From: a virus | Lineage: Duplodnaviria > Caudoviricetes | Virus record (IMG/VR): IMGVR_UViG_3300012953_007088 | Location: 1 to 33,188 of that record | Length of the DNA: 33,188 bases | Reading direction: 5' to 3' (one strand) | Part shown: one piece after another, positions 16,424 to 25,174 of the stretch | Layout: each line of letters starts with the position of its first letter | Numbering within the stretch: the stretch's first letter is position 1 | Translations under genes and position numbers: made by a program | Notes under the pieces: generated by a model | What the model saw: only the letters and a program-made list of their open reading frames with translations | Databases searched by the model: none | What the model was told of the DNA's origin: nothing

Positions 16424-17508
16424 TTAGACTCTTTGAGTATCTCTTTAAATTTTTCGTATAAATACTCTGCGACATCTTGATTGTCTTCGAAGTATTGGTA
16501 GAACTTATCCATTCCGTGATGTTGTTTTGGGATTTCTTTCTTAGTAGCTTTTTTAACTTCTTCTACGAGGTCGTCAGATACTGTTATCCATGCGCCTTTT
16601 GCCGTAGCCAGCGTCCAAGATAAGAGCATATCTACGATTTCATACTCCACCCATATGCTTTTGCCGTCTTCTCTGCCGTATCTGATGGGATATCTAACTT
16701 CTACTCCTGTTTTTTCGTTAGGGCTTTTCCTGAATATAACTTTGCAGTGATGACCTAGTTGTTCTTTTTTGTCGTTAGACAATATAGCGTCCTTAACCCA
16801 TCTTGGTTGGAACTCTAGAATCCAGTCGCTGTAGTGAAGTATAGCGTTTCCTCCTGAAGCGTTAGTTACCTTAGGGTCACCTTTTTCATATGGATTTATT
16901 TTTACCGCACTTCTTACTTGAGATATCATGTAGCATATATGCCCTCTGGTTGCTAAGCCTAGGGCCATTTTTCTTAAAAAATCCGAGCTAAGCAAAGAGC
17001 CTCCAGCAACTTTTAGTGCATCATCAGAGCTTTTAGCTAAGTCTCCTTTCGGAACTAGGGCATCCATAGAGTCTACTATGAACATATATTTTTTGCCCTC
17101 AGGGTTGTTTTTTACCAGTTCCCGCATGAAGTCAATTACGGTTTCGTAAACATTACATTTAAATACAAACCATTTTTCTTCGGATGTATCCACTCCAGCC
17201 CTTTTAATCATGTCAGCAGAAAGTCTTCCTTCTGATTTTATGTACATAACCATTGAGTTGGGGATTTTCTGAAAATTTCTAGCGAAAGAAAGTCCGCAGG
17301 AGGTTTTTCCTCCTTCTGTTACTCCAGTTGACCTTATTACCCCCGGTTTTATACCTCCGCCCATTTCTACATCGAGCAATAAACTTCCGCTCGATACTGT
17401 GTAGTGATGTTCCGATTCAAAATTATAGTGATAGTCCTTGTTTTGCTTTAAGTAATTCTGTACTTGATTAAGGGTTTCGTTTGTCGTTTTCTTCTCAGTT
17501 TTTTTCAT
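16420..17508 (-). CDS. recA: RecA/UvsX-like recombinase
   Basis: SSGSLLLDVEMGGGI, Walker A GVTEGGKTS, IVDSMDALVP, ISQVR, SGGNAILHYS, KGAWI. Confidence 0.88.
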   Translation of the reverse strand: MKKTEKKTTNETLNQVQNYLKQNKDYHYNFESEHHYTVSSGSLLLDVEMGGGIKPGVIRSTGVTEGGKTSCGLSFARNFQKIPNSMVMYIKSEGRLSADMIKRAGVDTSEEKWFVFKCNVYETVIDFMRELVKNNPEGKKYMFIVDSMDALVPKGDLAKSSDDALKVAGGSLLSSDFLRKMALGLATRGHICYMISQVRSAVKINPYEKGDPKVTNASGGNAILHYSDWILEFQPRWVKDAILSNDKKEQLGHHCKVIFRKSPNEKTGVEVRYPIRYGREDGKSIWVEYEIVDMLLSWTLATAKGAWITVSDDLVEEVKKATKKEIPKQHHGMDKFYQYFEDNQDVAEYLYEKFKEILKESK

Positions 17509-17930
17509 AGAAAGTCAAATTTGCTTTTAGGCTTAAATACGTCTCCGAGTTTGGTGGAAATGGACTTAGGATAGTCAACTGTATCAGTTTTCTTGGATTT
17601 TTCAAGGGAATTGAAAGACTTGAAGGATGCGTATTTCTCTTTTAAAACCTCACTCCACTTCGACTCTTTTTTAATTATGAACTTAAAACTAGGGAAATAA
17701 TCCCCCATATCCAATGTTTTCCAAAAATCAAACTCAGGGTATGTTTTAAGTAGTTTTTTTGCTATCCCCAACTCCGCGACTCTTTCTTTGTTGGGAAGCT
17801 TAAAGAAAAGGTAGGGGTCGCGTATTAAAAGCCAAACAAGAAATTGGACTTCGCTGTTTATAGCTGGAGGAGTTTTGAACCTTTTGAGTATTTGTGCGGA
17901 TGGTTCAATTTTTCCTTTGCATTTCCTCAT
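17505..17930 (-). CDS. Hypothetical protein
   Basis: 141-aa ORF overlapping both neighbours (ATGA with recA). Confidence 0.65.
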   Translation of the reverse strand: MRKCKGKIEPSAQILKRFKTPPAINSEVQFLVWLLIRDPYLFFKLPNKERVAELGIAKKLLKTYPEFDFWKTLDMGDYFPSFKFIIKKESKWSEVLKEKYASFKSFNSLEKSKKTDTVDYPKSISTKLGDVFKPKSKFDFL

Positions 17931-19020
17931 CTATGTCATGTTTTACCATTTTTTCTACAAGTCTGTCAAAGGAATTATTCGGCTTCCACCCTAACTCCTC
18001 TCTTATAGGGGTAGAGTCCCCCAGTAAAAGGTTAACTTCTGCGGGGCGGTAAAATTTTTCATTTATCGTCACGTAGTTTTCTTTGGTGGTTCTGTCTACG
18101 TATTTTGTTTGCTGAGGAATCCTAACGTAATGGCCGTCTATTGATTCTTCGACATGAGACCATTCTCCTAAGATGCCAGCCTTGGTGAAAGCTTTCTCTA
18201 CGAATTCTTCTATAGAGTGAGTTTCGTTGCTCGAAAGCACATAATCTTTAGGTTCACTTTGATTAAGCATTAGCCAGACCCCTTTCACGAAGTCTTCGCT
18301 ATCACTCCAGTCTCTGCGGGGAGATAAATTTCCTAGTTCTATTGGTTCAAATTTTCTCTTATCTTTGATGGACTTATAAATTCTAGCTACTCCTTTGGTA
18401 ATTTTTCTAGTAACAAACTCTTCCCCTCTTTTTGTGCCTTCGTGATTAAATAGGGTTCCGTGGACTGCGTATAGGTTATAAGACTCCCTGTACACTTTAA
18501 CTAAGTGCCGTGCTGCTGCCTTAGAAGCTCCATAGGGGCTTCTGGGCTTAATTGGATGCTTCATATCTTGAGGGACATAATCAACATCTCCGAACTCTTC
18601 GCTGCTACCAGCACTGTAGAACCTGCAATCAGGAGCATGTTCTTTAATCGCTTCTAGACACCTTAGAACGCCCATAGCGTTTGTGTCGAATACATGCTCG
18701 GGCATTTTCCAGCTTACGCCTACAAATGAATTTGCAGCAAAGTTTATGAAATAATCTGGCTTTATTTCTTTTACTAAACCAGTGATACTAACTGAATCGG
18801 TTAGGTCTCCCTCTACGAATTGAAAGTTCTTGTCGCGTTTAAATAATTCACAGTTTTTGAAGTTGGGCGTAGCCGTTCTTCTTATCATTCCGAATATGGA
18901 ATGCGGTTCTTCTGGCGCATCATGCCCTTCTTCCTCGCCCGAATTAATGCGGGTAAGAAATTCGCACATGTTTGCCCCATCTTGACCAGTAACCCCTGTA
19001 ATTAGTATTTTCTTCCCCAT
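17905..19020 (-). CDS. gmd: GDP-mannose 4,6-dehydratase
   Basis: LITGVTGQDG, SSEEFG, PRSPYGASK, LFNHEG..RGEEFVTRKIT, LGNL..RDW, YRPAEVNLLLGD. Confidence 0.95.
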   Translation of the reverse strand: MGKKILITGVTGQDGANMCEFLTRINSGEEEGHDAPEEPHSIFGMIRRTATPNFKNCELFKRDKNFQFVEGDLTDSVSITGLVKEIKPDYFINFAANSFVGVSWKMPEHVFDTNAMGVLRCLEAIKEHAPDCRFYSAGSSEEFGDVDYVPQDMKHPIKPRSPYGASKAAARHLVKVYRESYNLYAVHGTLFNHEGTKRGEEFVTRKITKGVARIYKSIKDKRKFEPIELGNLSPRRDWSDSEDFVKGVWLMLNQSEPKDYVLSSNETHSIEEFVEKAFTKAGILGEWSHVEESIDGHYVRIPQQTKYVDRTTKENYVTINEKFYRPAEVNLLLGDSTPIREELGWKPNNSFDRLVEKMVKHDIDEEMQRKN

Positions 19021-19039
19021 AGCGAAGGGAAAAATACTT

Positions 19040-19324
19040 CTATTTTTTCAGTTCGTCAATTTTTTCTTCAATTCGGTCAAAACGGTGGTGAACCACTTTA
19101 ACAAGGTTTTCGAAGTCGTTTTTATTGACGTATTTTTCGGGTATAGTGAGGGCTAAGCTGGTTATTTTTTCGTTTAATTTACGGTAGTCTTCGGCTTGCC
19201 TGTCGGCACTAGCAGAACAATCTTCTTTTATTTTAGTAAGATAAGAGAAAAGTATCTTTAACGCCCATCCTGCCCCAAATGATATGATGGAAAAGGCAAT
19301 ATTGATTATGCTTTGATTATCCAT
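19040..19324 (-). CDS. Small membrane protein (N-terminal TM helix plus coiled coil; holin-like)
   Basis: MDNQSIINIAFSIISFGAGWALKILF then heptad-rich ...RFDRIEEKIDELKK; ATG at 19324 preferred over the TTG at 19348. Confidence 0.6.
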   Translation of the reverse strand: MDNQSIINIAFSIISFGAGWALKILFSYLTKIKEDCSASADRQAEDYRKLNEKITSLALTIPEKYVNKNDFENLVKVVHHRFDRIEEKIDELKK

Positions 19325-19328
19325 TTCT

Positions 19329-19344
19329 GTGTAGATATATACAC
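19329..19344. promoter_or_regulatory. Quasi-palindromic GTGTA element between divergent genes (candidate late promoter)
   Basis: GTGTAGATATATACAC; GTGTA plus an AT tract also lies 9 nt before the ATGs at 15989(-) and 20758(+). Confidence 0.4.
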
Positions 19345-19371
19345 CCAATAAAATTATTCTGGAATAAAAAT

Positions 19372-19905
19372 ATGAACCGAATAAGCAAAAAAAATGTAAG
19401 AAATATAAGAATAACTGTTTTATTCTTTATTTTTTCTTTGGTTTTAAACTGGGGTTACAAGCTTTACATGATATCTGGCGACTCAATGAGTCCGTCGGTT
19501 GATTCAAGTGATTTAGTATGGGTAAGTAAGGTTAAAGCTGATGTCGATGATATAAGTCGTGGGGATGTGGTTGTTTTTTGGGATTTGAAAGACGGAGACT
19601 TTTTATTGAAAAGGGTGATAGGAGTTCCGGGAGATGCGATAAAGGTAGTAGATGGTAGGATTATTTTAAATGATGTCGTTTACGAAGATGAATTTTCCGA
19701 GCAAAGATTAGGCGTTATGCTTGTGAATCCTGATGGTGAACCGCTTAGAAGCTGGACTACCGGAGAAATTGTTTACGAATACGACAATATTGACTATGGT
19801 TTCTTGCAGGAAGATGAGTTTTGGGTTATTGGGGATAATAGAACTGAATCTTGGTATGGCGTTGTTTCTAGAGAAGAGATATTAGGTGTGAGCAGTGTTG
19901 ATTGA
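19372..19905 (+). CDS. lepB: Signal peptidase I (S26)
   Basis: N-terminal TM helix, ISGDSMSPS (catalytic Ser), RGDVVVF, LLKRVIGVPGD (catalytic Lys), GDNR..S. Confidence 0.92.
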   Translation: MNRISKKNVRNIRITVLFFIFSLVLNWGYKLYMISGDSMSPSVDSSDLVWVSKVKADVDDISRGDVVVFWDLKDGDFLLKRVIGVPGDAIKVVDGRIILNDVVYEDEFSEQRLGVMLVNPDGEPLRSWTTGEIVYEYDNIDYGFLQEDEFWVIGDNRTESWYGVVSREEILGVSSVD

Positions 19906-20709
19906 GTGCGTGTAATGGTTAATCTTTTTATTATAGGTGAAGCAAAATGTGGAACCACTTTCCTGTGGTCTGTGCTGCAAAGGTTGCCTGAAACTATTCA
20001 TGCCTTTAGCGAAGCACGTATGTTCGGGAAAAAAGATCATCCTTATCACGATTTGTTCGCCAAAAAAGAACTTCATTTTTTTGATGGAATGAATATTAAG
20101 AAGGGTTTGGGTTGGTATAATGGCCTATTCAAAGAAGATGATGGTATAAAAATTGACGCTTCTCCTTCGTATCTATCAAACCCATTCTCGCCAAGGTTAG
20201 TGCATGAATACAATAGTCAAGCTAAGATAATAGTTATGGTTCGAGAGCCAGTGGAGAGAGTTGTTTCTCATTATAATTGGTTGGTTAGACGAAAAGATGT
20301 GAATGAGGCGGAAGAGTCTATCGAGAGTATGATAGAATTTGAGTTTAAAAATATAGATAAATTAATTAAGGAAAAGCTGACGAAGCCGATACATTTTTCG
20401 AGAGACCCCGAAGGTGCAACCTTCAGGAAGTATTCTTTAGTGCGTAGAAGTAGGTATATCAATAACATAAGGAGTTGGCAAAAATATTTCAAAAAATCCC
20501 AAATACTAGTTGTAGACTCACGAGAAATATTCAAAGGCGACTTTAGTAAGGTATTTGACTTTCTAAATGTAGACCCCTTAGAGAAGATTCTTGAGCTACC
20601 TCACAATAAGAATAAGAACCCAGACAAGAAAACCTACAGCCCGTCTATAGCTGGGTACTTTGAACAGAGTAATTTAGAGCTAAAAAACGAATTCGGCATT
20701 GAGTATTAA
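19906..20709 (+). CDS. PAPS-dependent sulfotransferase (heparan-sulfate sulfotransferase-like)
   Basis: IIGEAKCGTT (5'-PSB), KELHFFD, DASPSY, REPVERVVSHY (3'-PB); start may be the ATG at 19915. Confidence 0.88.
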   Translation: MRVMVNLFIIGEAKCGTTFLWSVLQRLPETIHAFSEARMFGKKDHPYHDLFAKKELHFFDGMNIKKGLGWYNGLFKEDDGIKIDASPSYLSNPFSPRLVHEYNSQAKIIVMVREPVERVVSHYNWLVRRKDVNEAEESIESMIEFEFKNIDKLIKEKLTKPIHFSRDPEGATFRKYSLVRRSRYINNIRSWQKYFKKSQILVVDSREIFKGDFSKVFDFLNVDPLEKILELPHNKNKNPDKKTYSPSIAGYFEQSNLELKNEFGIEY

Positions 20710-20757
20710 TTTCATATTAAATATAACTTTACTGGAATAAATAGTGTAGTTATATGT

Positions 20758-21036
20758 ATGAAAAAAGACAGAAAAATCGTGGAGCTTAACGACGATTCGC
20801 GCAAGTGGTGGGGAAAAGAGGAAGTAGAATGGGCGGTAAGAGATAAAAGTGGTGATTGGTGGCTTGTTGCTGGATCAGAATTCCCAGAAAAAAGAGCGGG
20901 GGAACAGTCAAAAACAGAAACTAAAACCGTTAAGCAAAATAAAAGCGGGTTAGTTGTGCTATTAAGTGCTCTTCTTGGGGCTAGCGCGGGTTTGAACGCA
21001 GCGTTTCTTTATTTTTTATTTAAAATAATACTATAA
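20758..21036 (+). CDS. Hypothetical protein with C-terminal transmembrane anchor
   Basis: Trp-rich N-terminus; hydrophobic GLVVLLSALLGASAGLNAAFLYFLF tail. Confidence 0.6.
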   Translation: MKKDRKIVELNDDSRKWWGKEEVEWAVRDKSGDWWLVAGSEFPEKRAGEQSKTETKTVKQNKSGLVVLLSALLGASAGLNAAFLYFLFKIIL

Positions 21037-21064
21037 GGGGTTTTCTTTAAAATGAGGAGCAATC

Positions 21065-21268
21065 ATGCATTCAAAAATATGCCCTTATTGCTGGGAGTCA
21101 GACCAGAAGGAATATCCACTTACCCAAAAAAAAGTGGATTATTTGCCATGTACCGGAATTACTTTCTTAGGAAAGTATTTAGGTAAGAAAGGTTCCTGTG
21201 GCGATGCAGAGTCTGACTGCTGTTCAGTTTGGGAGTGCAATCATTGTGGGGAAGCTTTTAGGGGTTAA
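21065..21268 (+). CDS. Small Cys-rich (Zn-finger-like) protein
   Basis: CPYC...CNHC plus additional Cys; GAGGAG Shine-Dalgarno upstream. Confidence 0.55.
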   Translation: MHSKICPYCWESDQKEYPLTQKKVDYLPCTGITFLGKYLGKKGSCGDAESDCCSVWECNHCGEAFRG

Positions 21269-22275
21269 AAGTCATCCTCTAGCACTCCAGAGTTTTGGTA
21301 GTCTTTAACCTTTCTTTCAAAAAAGTTAGTCATTGCGCCCGTGTCTACTACTTCCGAGAGCCAAGGGAATGGGTTGTTATCGCTTTCAAAGCGAAAATCT
21401 ATACCAATTCCTTCCAGTCGGCGGTTTCCGATGTATTGCATGTACTCAACGAACATTTCGGCATTTAAGCCAAGAATGCCTCTCGGAAGCACATCATGAG
21501 CGTATGCTATCTCAAGTTCTACAGCTTTTTTAATATGTTCTACGGTTTCTTCTTCGAATTTTTTAGTCCAAACAGTTGGGTACTGTTCTTTAATTGTGTT
21601 TATTAGGTATGTGCCAAATTTTATGTGAAGGCTTTCGTCTCTTAGCGTGTATTTGATTTGGTCATTGAGTCCAATCAGTTTCTTTTGCCTACCTAAGGCT
21701 AGCAGCATTGCGAATCCACTGAAGAAGAAGGTTCCTTCGCATACTATGTAGTAGCTAATTAAGTTACGTAGAAACTCTCTTTTGCCTTCGAGCGTTTTAG
21801 TAGAGAAACCTTGCCTGTTAACATCAGATGTAATTTCCATTAAGAAGTCATCTTTTGCTTTTATCGAAGGGATATTAATGTAGGCTTCGTAAACCTCGTT
21901 AATTTTTAAGGAGTAAGAGTCGCAACAAGTCACCACTGTCCAGTTGTGAAGTGATTCTTCATAAGCTTGCCTCATTATGTATTGACCGCACTCAGCGTCT
22001 GTTATCCACTTTGCGACATTAAGTAGTAGATTATTGCCAACCAAGGACTCGCTTCCAGCAAAAAACCCAAGGCATCTTTTAACGAGTAATTTTTCATCTT
22101 TAGATAGGTCGTCTCCTTTCCATTGCTTTACGTCGTCAGACATATTAATTTCAGAAGGTGACCAGCTATTAGCTACTCCTTTCTGAAATAAGTCCCAAGC
22201 GAATGGGTGTTTGTGCGGTAATATTTGGTTAACTCCAGTAGTGTTTTCTTCTAGTAATAATCCTGTTTTACTCAT
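21265..22275 (-). CDS. nrdB: Ribonucleotide reductase beta subunit, class Ic-like (no radical Tyr)
   Basis: W.PSEI.M..D, FFAGSESLVGNN, QAYEESLH, EGTFFFSGF, RDESLH, NFFERKVKDYQ; ATG at 22275 (MSKTG) is the likely start. Confidence 0.95.
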   Translation of the reverse strand: MSKTGLLLEENTTGVNQILPHKHPFAWDLFQKGVANSWSPSEINMSDDVKQWKGDDLSKDEKLLVKRCLGFFAGSESLVGNNLLLNVAKWITDAECGQYIMRQAYEESLHNWTVVTCCDSYSLKINEVYEAYINIPSIKAKDDFLMEITSDVNRQGFSTKTLEGKREFLRNLISYYIVCEGTFFFSGFAMLLALGRQKKLIGLNDQIKYTLRDESLHIKFGTYLINTIKEQYPTVWTKKFEEETVEHIKKAVELEIAYAHDVLPRGILGLNAEMFVEYMQYIGNRRLEGIGIDFRFESDNNPFPWLSEVVDTGAMTNFFERKVKDYQNSGVLEDDF

Positions 22276-22286
22276 AGTTGCCCCCT

Positions 22287-24728
22287 TTATTGACAGCTTT
22301 CGCATGTTGGGTCGAGAATTGAACAGGCTGATGGTAGGGACTGTTCATTTTCGACGGTGTTGCTTGTTGAATTTGATTTTTCGATAGTGCTTGCACTTTT
22401 GTTCCTTAAATAATATGTGCTTTTCAGACCACTATTTCTCGCATGAATATATAAGTCATTCAAATATTTCAGAGAAGTTTCTTTGTTGAAAAGGTTCAAA
22501 GACTGGCCCATATCAATCCATTTCTGACGGGCAGCAGCCGAGTCAATTAATTTAAATTGGTCTTGGTCAAAAGAAGTTTTAAACAAGGATTGCATGTCTG
22601 GCGGTAGGTTAAGAGACGAAACATCTCCGTCTACAGCTTTAAGTGCTTCAATTAACTCTGGCTTCCATAAATCTCTTTTCTTGCACTCTTTAACGAACCA
22701 CTCGTTTACTATACTCAAGTTTCCGCTTTTATTTTCATAAACGAAATACATAGAGAAATCTGGTTCGATACACGGAGAACATCCTTGTATGTAGGATATT
22801 GTCGCGGTGGGAGCAATAGCCATAGTGTTGCTGTTTCTCATGCCATGTTCAGAGATATGAGACCTAAGTTCTTTCCATTGAACTTCAGGGCAGAATTTTT
22901 TACCCCTGTGAATCATTGGTTTTTCACCCAAGTAAGACATCAGATTTTTATAAGTGTCTATCGGGAGGGTGGACTGGTCCCATAAGGAGCCTTCGTAGGT
23001 TTCGTAAGTCCCTCTTTCTTTTGCTAGCTTACTTGAGTTTAGTATGCAGTGGTATGAGATAAATTCGTACAGTTCGTCAGAGAACTTAACGGCGTCTTCA
23101 GATGAGAAGTCTACATTGTAGCAATAAAACACGTCAGCCCAACCCATACTTCCCGCGCCGACTGGGCGATGGGCTAAATTAGATTTTGAAGCTTCTTTAG
23201 TTGGGTAGTAGTTTATGTTTACTACGTTGTCTAGCATCCTCATTTGAGTCGCTATTGTTTTCTCTAGCAGTTTAAAGTCTAGTTTCCCTTTTTCATTTAT
23301 GTGTTGTTTTAAGTTTAGTGAGCTAAGGTTGCAGACAGCCGTTTCTCCTACCTCTGTTTTTTCTCCGTCATCGAATAGAGATGGTTTTGTGTGTAGGAAG
23401 ATTTCAGTGCAGAGGTTTGAGCTATGCACTACGCCTTTGTGTGAGTTGGAGTAACGAATATTAGCACTGTCCTTGAACGTCATCCACGGATGGCCAGTTT
23501 CAAACAAGGTTCTTAGCATCTTCTTCCATAAATCTTTAGCCTTTATTACCTTGTGGTTAGTGAGTTCCCCCTCGTCTGCTAATTTACAGTATTTTTTGTA
23601 AGCTTTATCAAATTTTTCACCATATAACTCGTGAAGGTCTCTTGTGTCTGATGGAGAAAAAAGATACCAATCTTCACCTGATTGAACTTTGCGTATGAAC
23701 AGGTCGGGTAGCCAGTTCGCTGTATTCATGTCGTGGCAACGTCTGCGTTCGTCTCCCGTGTTTTTCTTTAGTTCTAAAAAGTCTTCTATGTCTAAATGCC
23801 AAGGTTCTATGTAGGCACACCCAGCACCCGGACGCTTTCCTCCTTGGTCCACGGCTATTAGGGTGTCATTATAGATTTTAAGCCAAGGAATAAGTCCTGA
23901 AGACTTGCCGTTTGTGCCTTTGACGTAGGAGTTAGCAGCCCTAAAGTTAGTAACGTCAAACCCTAGTCCTCCTGCGAACTTGGACTTTCTAGCTTCTTGC
24001 CACAAACCCTCAAAAATTCCATCAATTGAATCGTCAAAAGTATTAAGATAACAACTGGAAAGCTGACTGTGAGTACTACCACTATTAAACAGGGTAGGAG
24101 TAGAGCAACACAAACGAAACTCAGAAAGCGCGTTGTAAAATTCAATAGCCTTTTCATTTTTATCCTCCTCCTCTATAGCAAGTCCCATAGACACTCTCAT
24201 CCAGAAGGCTTGAGGTGTTTCCATTATGTGGTCATCAACTCGGTGTAAGTACCTATCTTTTACGATTTGTAAGCCTAGGTATTTAAATTTAAGGTCTCTG
24301 GAGGGCTTAATTGCCTCGGATAGTTTGAGTAGGTCGAAGGATAGTAATCTTTCGTCTAGGATTTCTTCGCTTGCCAGCTTCTTAACATTTTTAATAAAGC
24401 AGAGTCTGTATTGATGGTCGAAACTATCCTTATCTCTGCTTTCTTTGAAGACCTCCTTATGTAAGGTGGCTAGCAGTAATCTTGAAGCAGCGTATGAATA
24501 GTTCGGTTCTTTTTCAATTTTTTCCCTAGCTGACATTATTAAGGCTTTGTCAATCTCCTTTGTGGTTATTTTGTCGAATAACTGAACATGTGCGTCTAGG
24601 ATGATTTCGCTTGCTGAGACGTTCTCCAAGTCTTCCACTGCGCGTTCTACGCAAAGGTTGATTTTGTTTATGTCTAGCTTTTCAAGCCTTCCGTTCCTCT
24701 TTTTTACATTAAAATTTTGAAAACTCAT
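22287..24728 (-). CDS. nrdA: Ribonucleotide reductase class I alpha subunit with N-terminal ATP cone
   Basis: VKKRNG ATP cone, STPTLFNSG, QLSSCYL, SSNLCTEI, VCNL, APTATIS, KSTYYLR, C-terminal C..C..C redox tail. Confidence 0.97.
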   Translation of the reverse strand: MSFQNFNVKKRNGRLEKLDINKINLCVERAVEDLENVSASEIILDAHVQLFDKITTKEIDKALIMSAREKIEKEPNYSYAASRLLLATLHKEVFKESRDKDSFDHQYRLCFIKNVKKLASEEILDERLLSFDLLKLSEAIKPSRDLKFKYLGLQIVKDRYLHRVDDHIMETPQAFWMRVSMGLAIEEEDKNEKAIEFYNALSEFRLCCSTPTLFNSGSTHSQLSSCYLNTFDDSIDGIFEGLWQEARKSKFAGGLGFDVTNFRAANSYVKGTNGKSSGLIPWLKIYNDTLIAVDQGGKRPGAGCAYIEPWHLDIEDFLELKKNTGDERRRCHDMNTANWLPDLFIRKVQSGEDWYLFSPSDTRDLHELYGEKFDKAYKKYCKLADEGELTNHKVIKAKDLWKKMLRTLFETGHPWMTFKDSANIRYSNSHKGVVHSSNLCTEIFLHTKPSLFDDGEKTEVGETAVCNLSSLNLKQHINEKGKLDFKLLEKTIATQMRMLDNVVNINYYPTKEASKSNLAHRPVGAGSMGWADVFYCYNVDFSSEDAVKFSDELYEFISYHCILNSSKLAKERGTYETYEGSLWDQSTLPIDTYKNLMSYLGEKPMIHRGKKFCPEVQWKELRSHISEHGMRNSNTMAIAPTATISYIQGCSPCIEPDFSMYFVYENKSGNLSIVNEWFVKECKKRDLWKPELIEALKAVDGDVSSLNLPPDMQSLFKTSFDQDQFKLIDSAAARQKWIDMGQSLNLFNKETSLKYLNDLYIHARNSGLKSTYYLRNKSASTIEKSNSTSNTVENEQSLPSACSILDPTCESCQ

Positions 24729-24744
24729 TTCGTGAAGTGTGTCG

Positions 24745-24788
24745 GTAGATTACTCTACGTTTTTTCTGATTCTTTGGGAACCAGAAAA
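24745..24788 (-). promoter_or_regulatory. nrdA upstream element: two inverted repeats overlapping a candidate promoter
   Basis: TTTTCTGGTTC-ccaaa-GAATCAGAAAA (11 bp with one G-U pair) and GTAGA-gtaa-TCTAC; TTCCCA-17 nt-TAGAGT. Confidence 0.45.
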
Positions 24789-24822
24789 TCGTTAGTTGTG
24801 ATTTTTTTTTGAAGAGGTGGGG

Positions 24823-25173
24823 TTAGCCTCCTCCGAGAGAGCCCCTTTTAAGACCTTTTCGGTCTTTGCTGTAAGTTTTTTCTGATTTTCGCTTGATAGG
24901 ATCGACTCCACCATTTTCGCTGGCTCTTTTTCGAGATAACTCAGCAGACTTATCAAATAAATCCCCTAAAGTTCCGCCTTTATTTTTGGTTTTGTCTACA
25001 AAATCTTTGGTAGACCAAGGGTCTATTTGTGTATCAATTGATGTGTTAGGGTTTACCCATACTCGATCCCACGCGACTCCGTTTTCATCTGTGTATACGT
25101 GGTCGTCTTTCATTGACTGTAACACTTCAATGGTCTCCTTTGTCTTAGGGTGTTGAAAGACGTATAGGGGCAT
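24823..25173 (-). CDS. FmdB-like small protein (Cys-less ribbon)
   Basis: MPLYVFQHPKTKETIEVLQSM..WDRVW resembles the FmdB MP.Y.Y.C..C ribbon without its cysteines. Confidence 0.55.
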   Translation of the reverse strand: MPLYVFQHPKTKETIEVLQSMKDDHVYTDENGVAWDRVWVNPNTSIDTQIDPWSTKDFVDKTKNKGGTLGDLFDKSAELSRKRASENGGVDPIKRKSEKTYSKDRKGLKRGSLGGG

Positions 25174-25174
25174 T

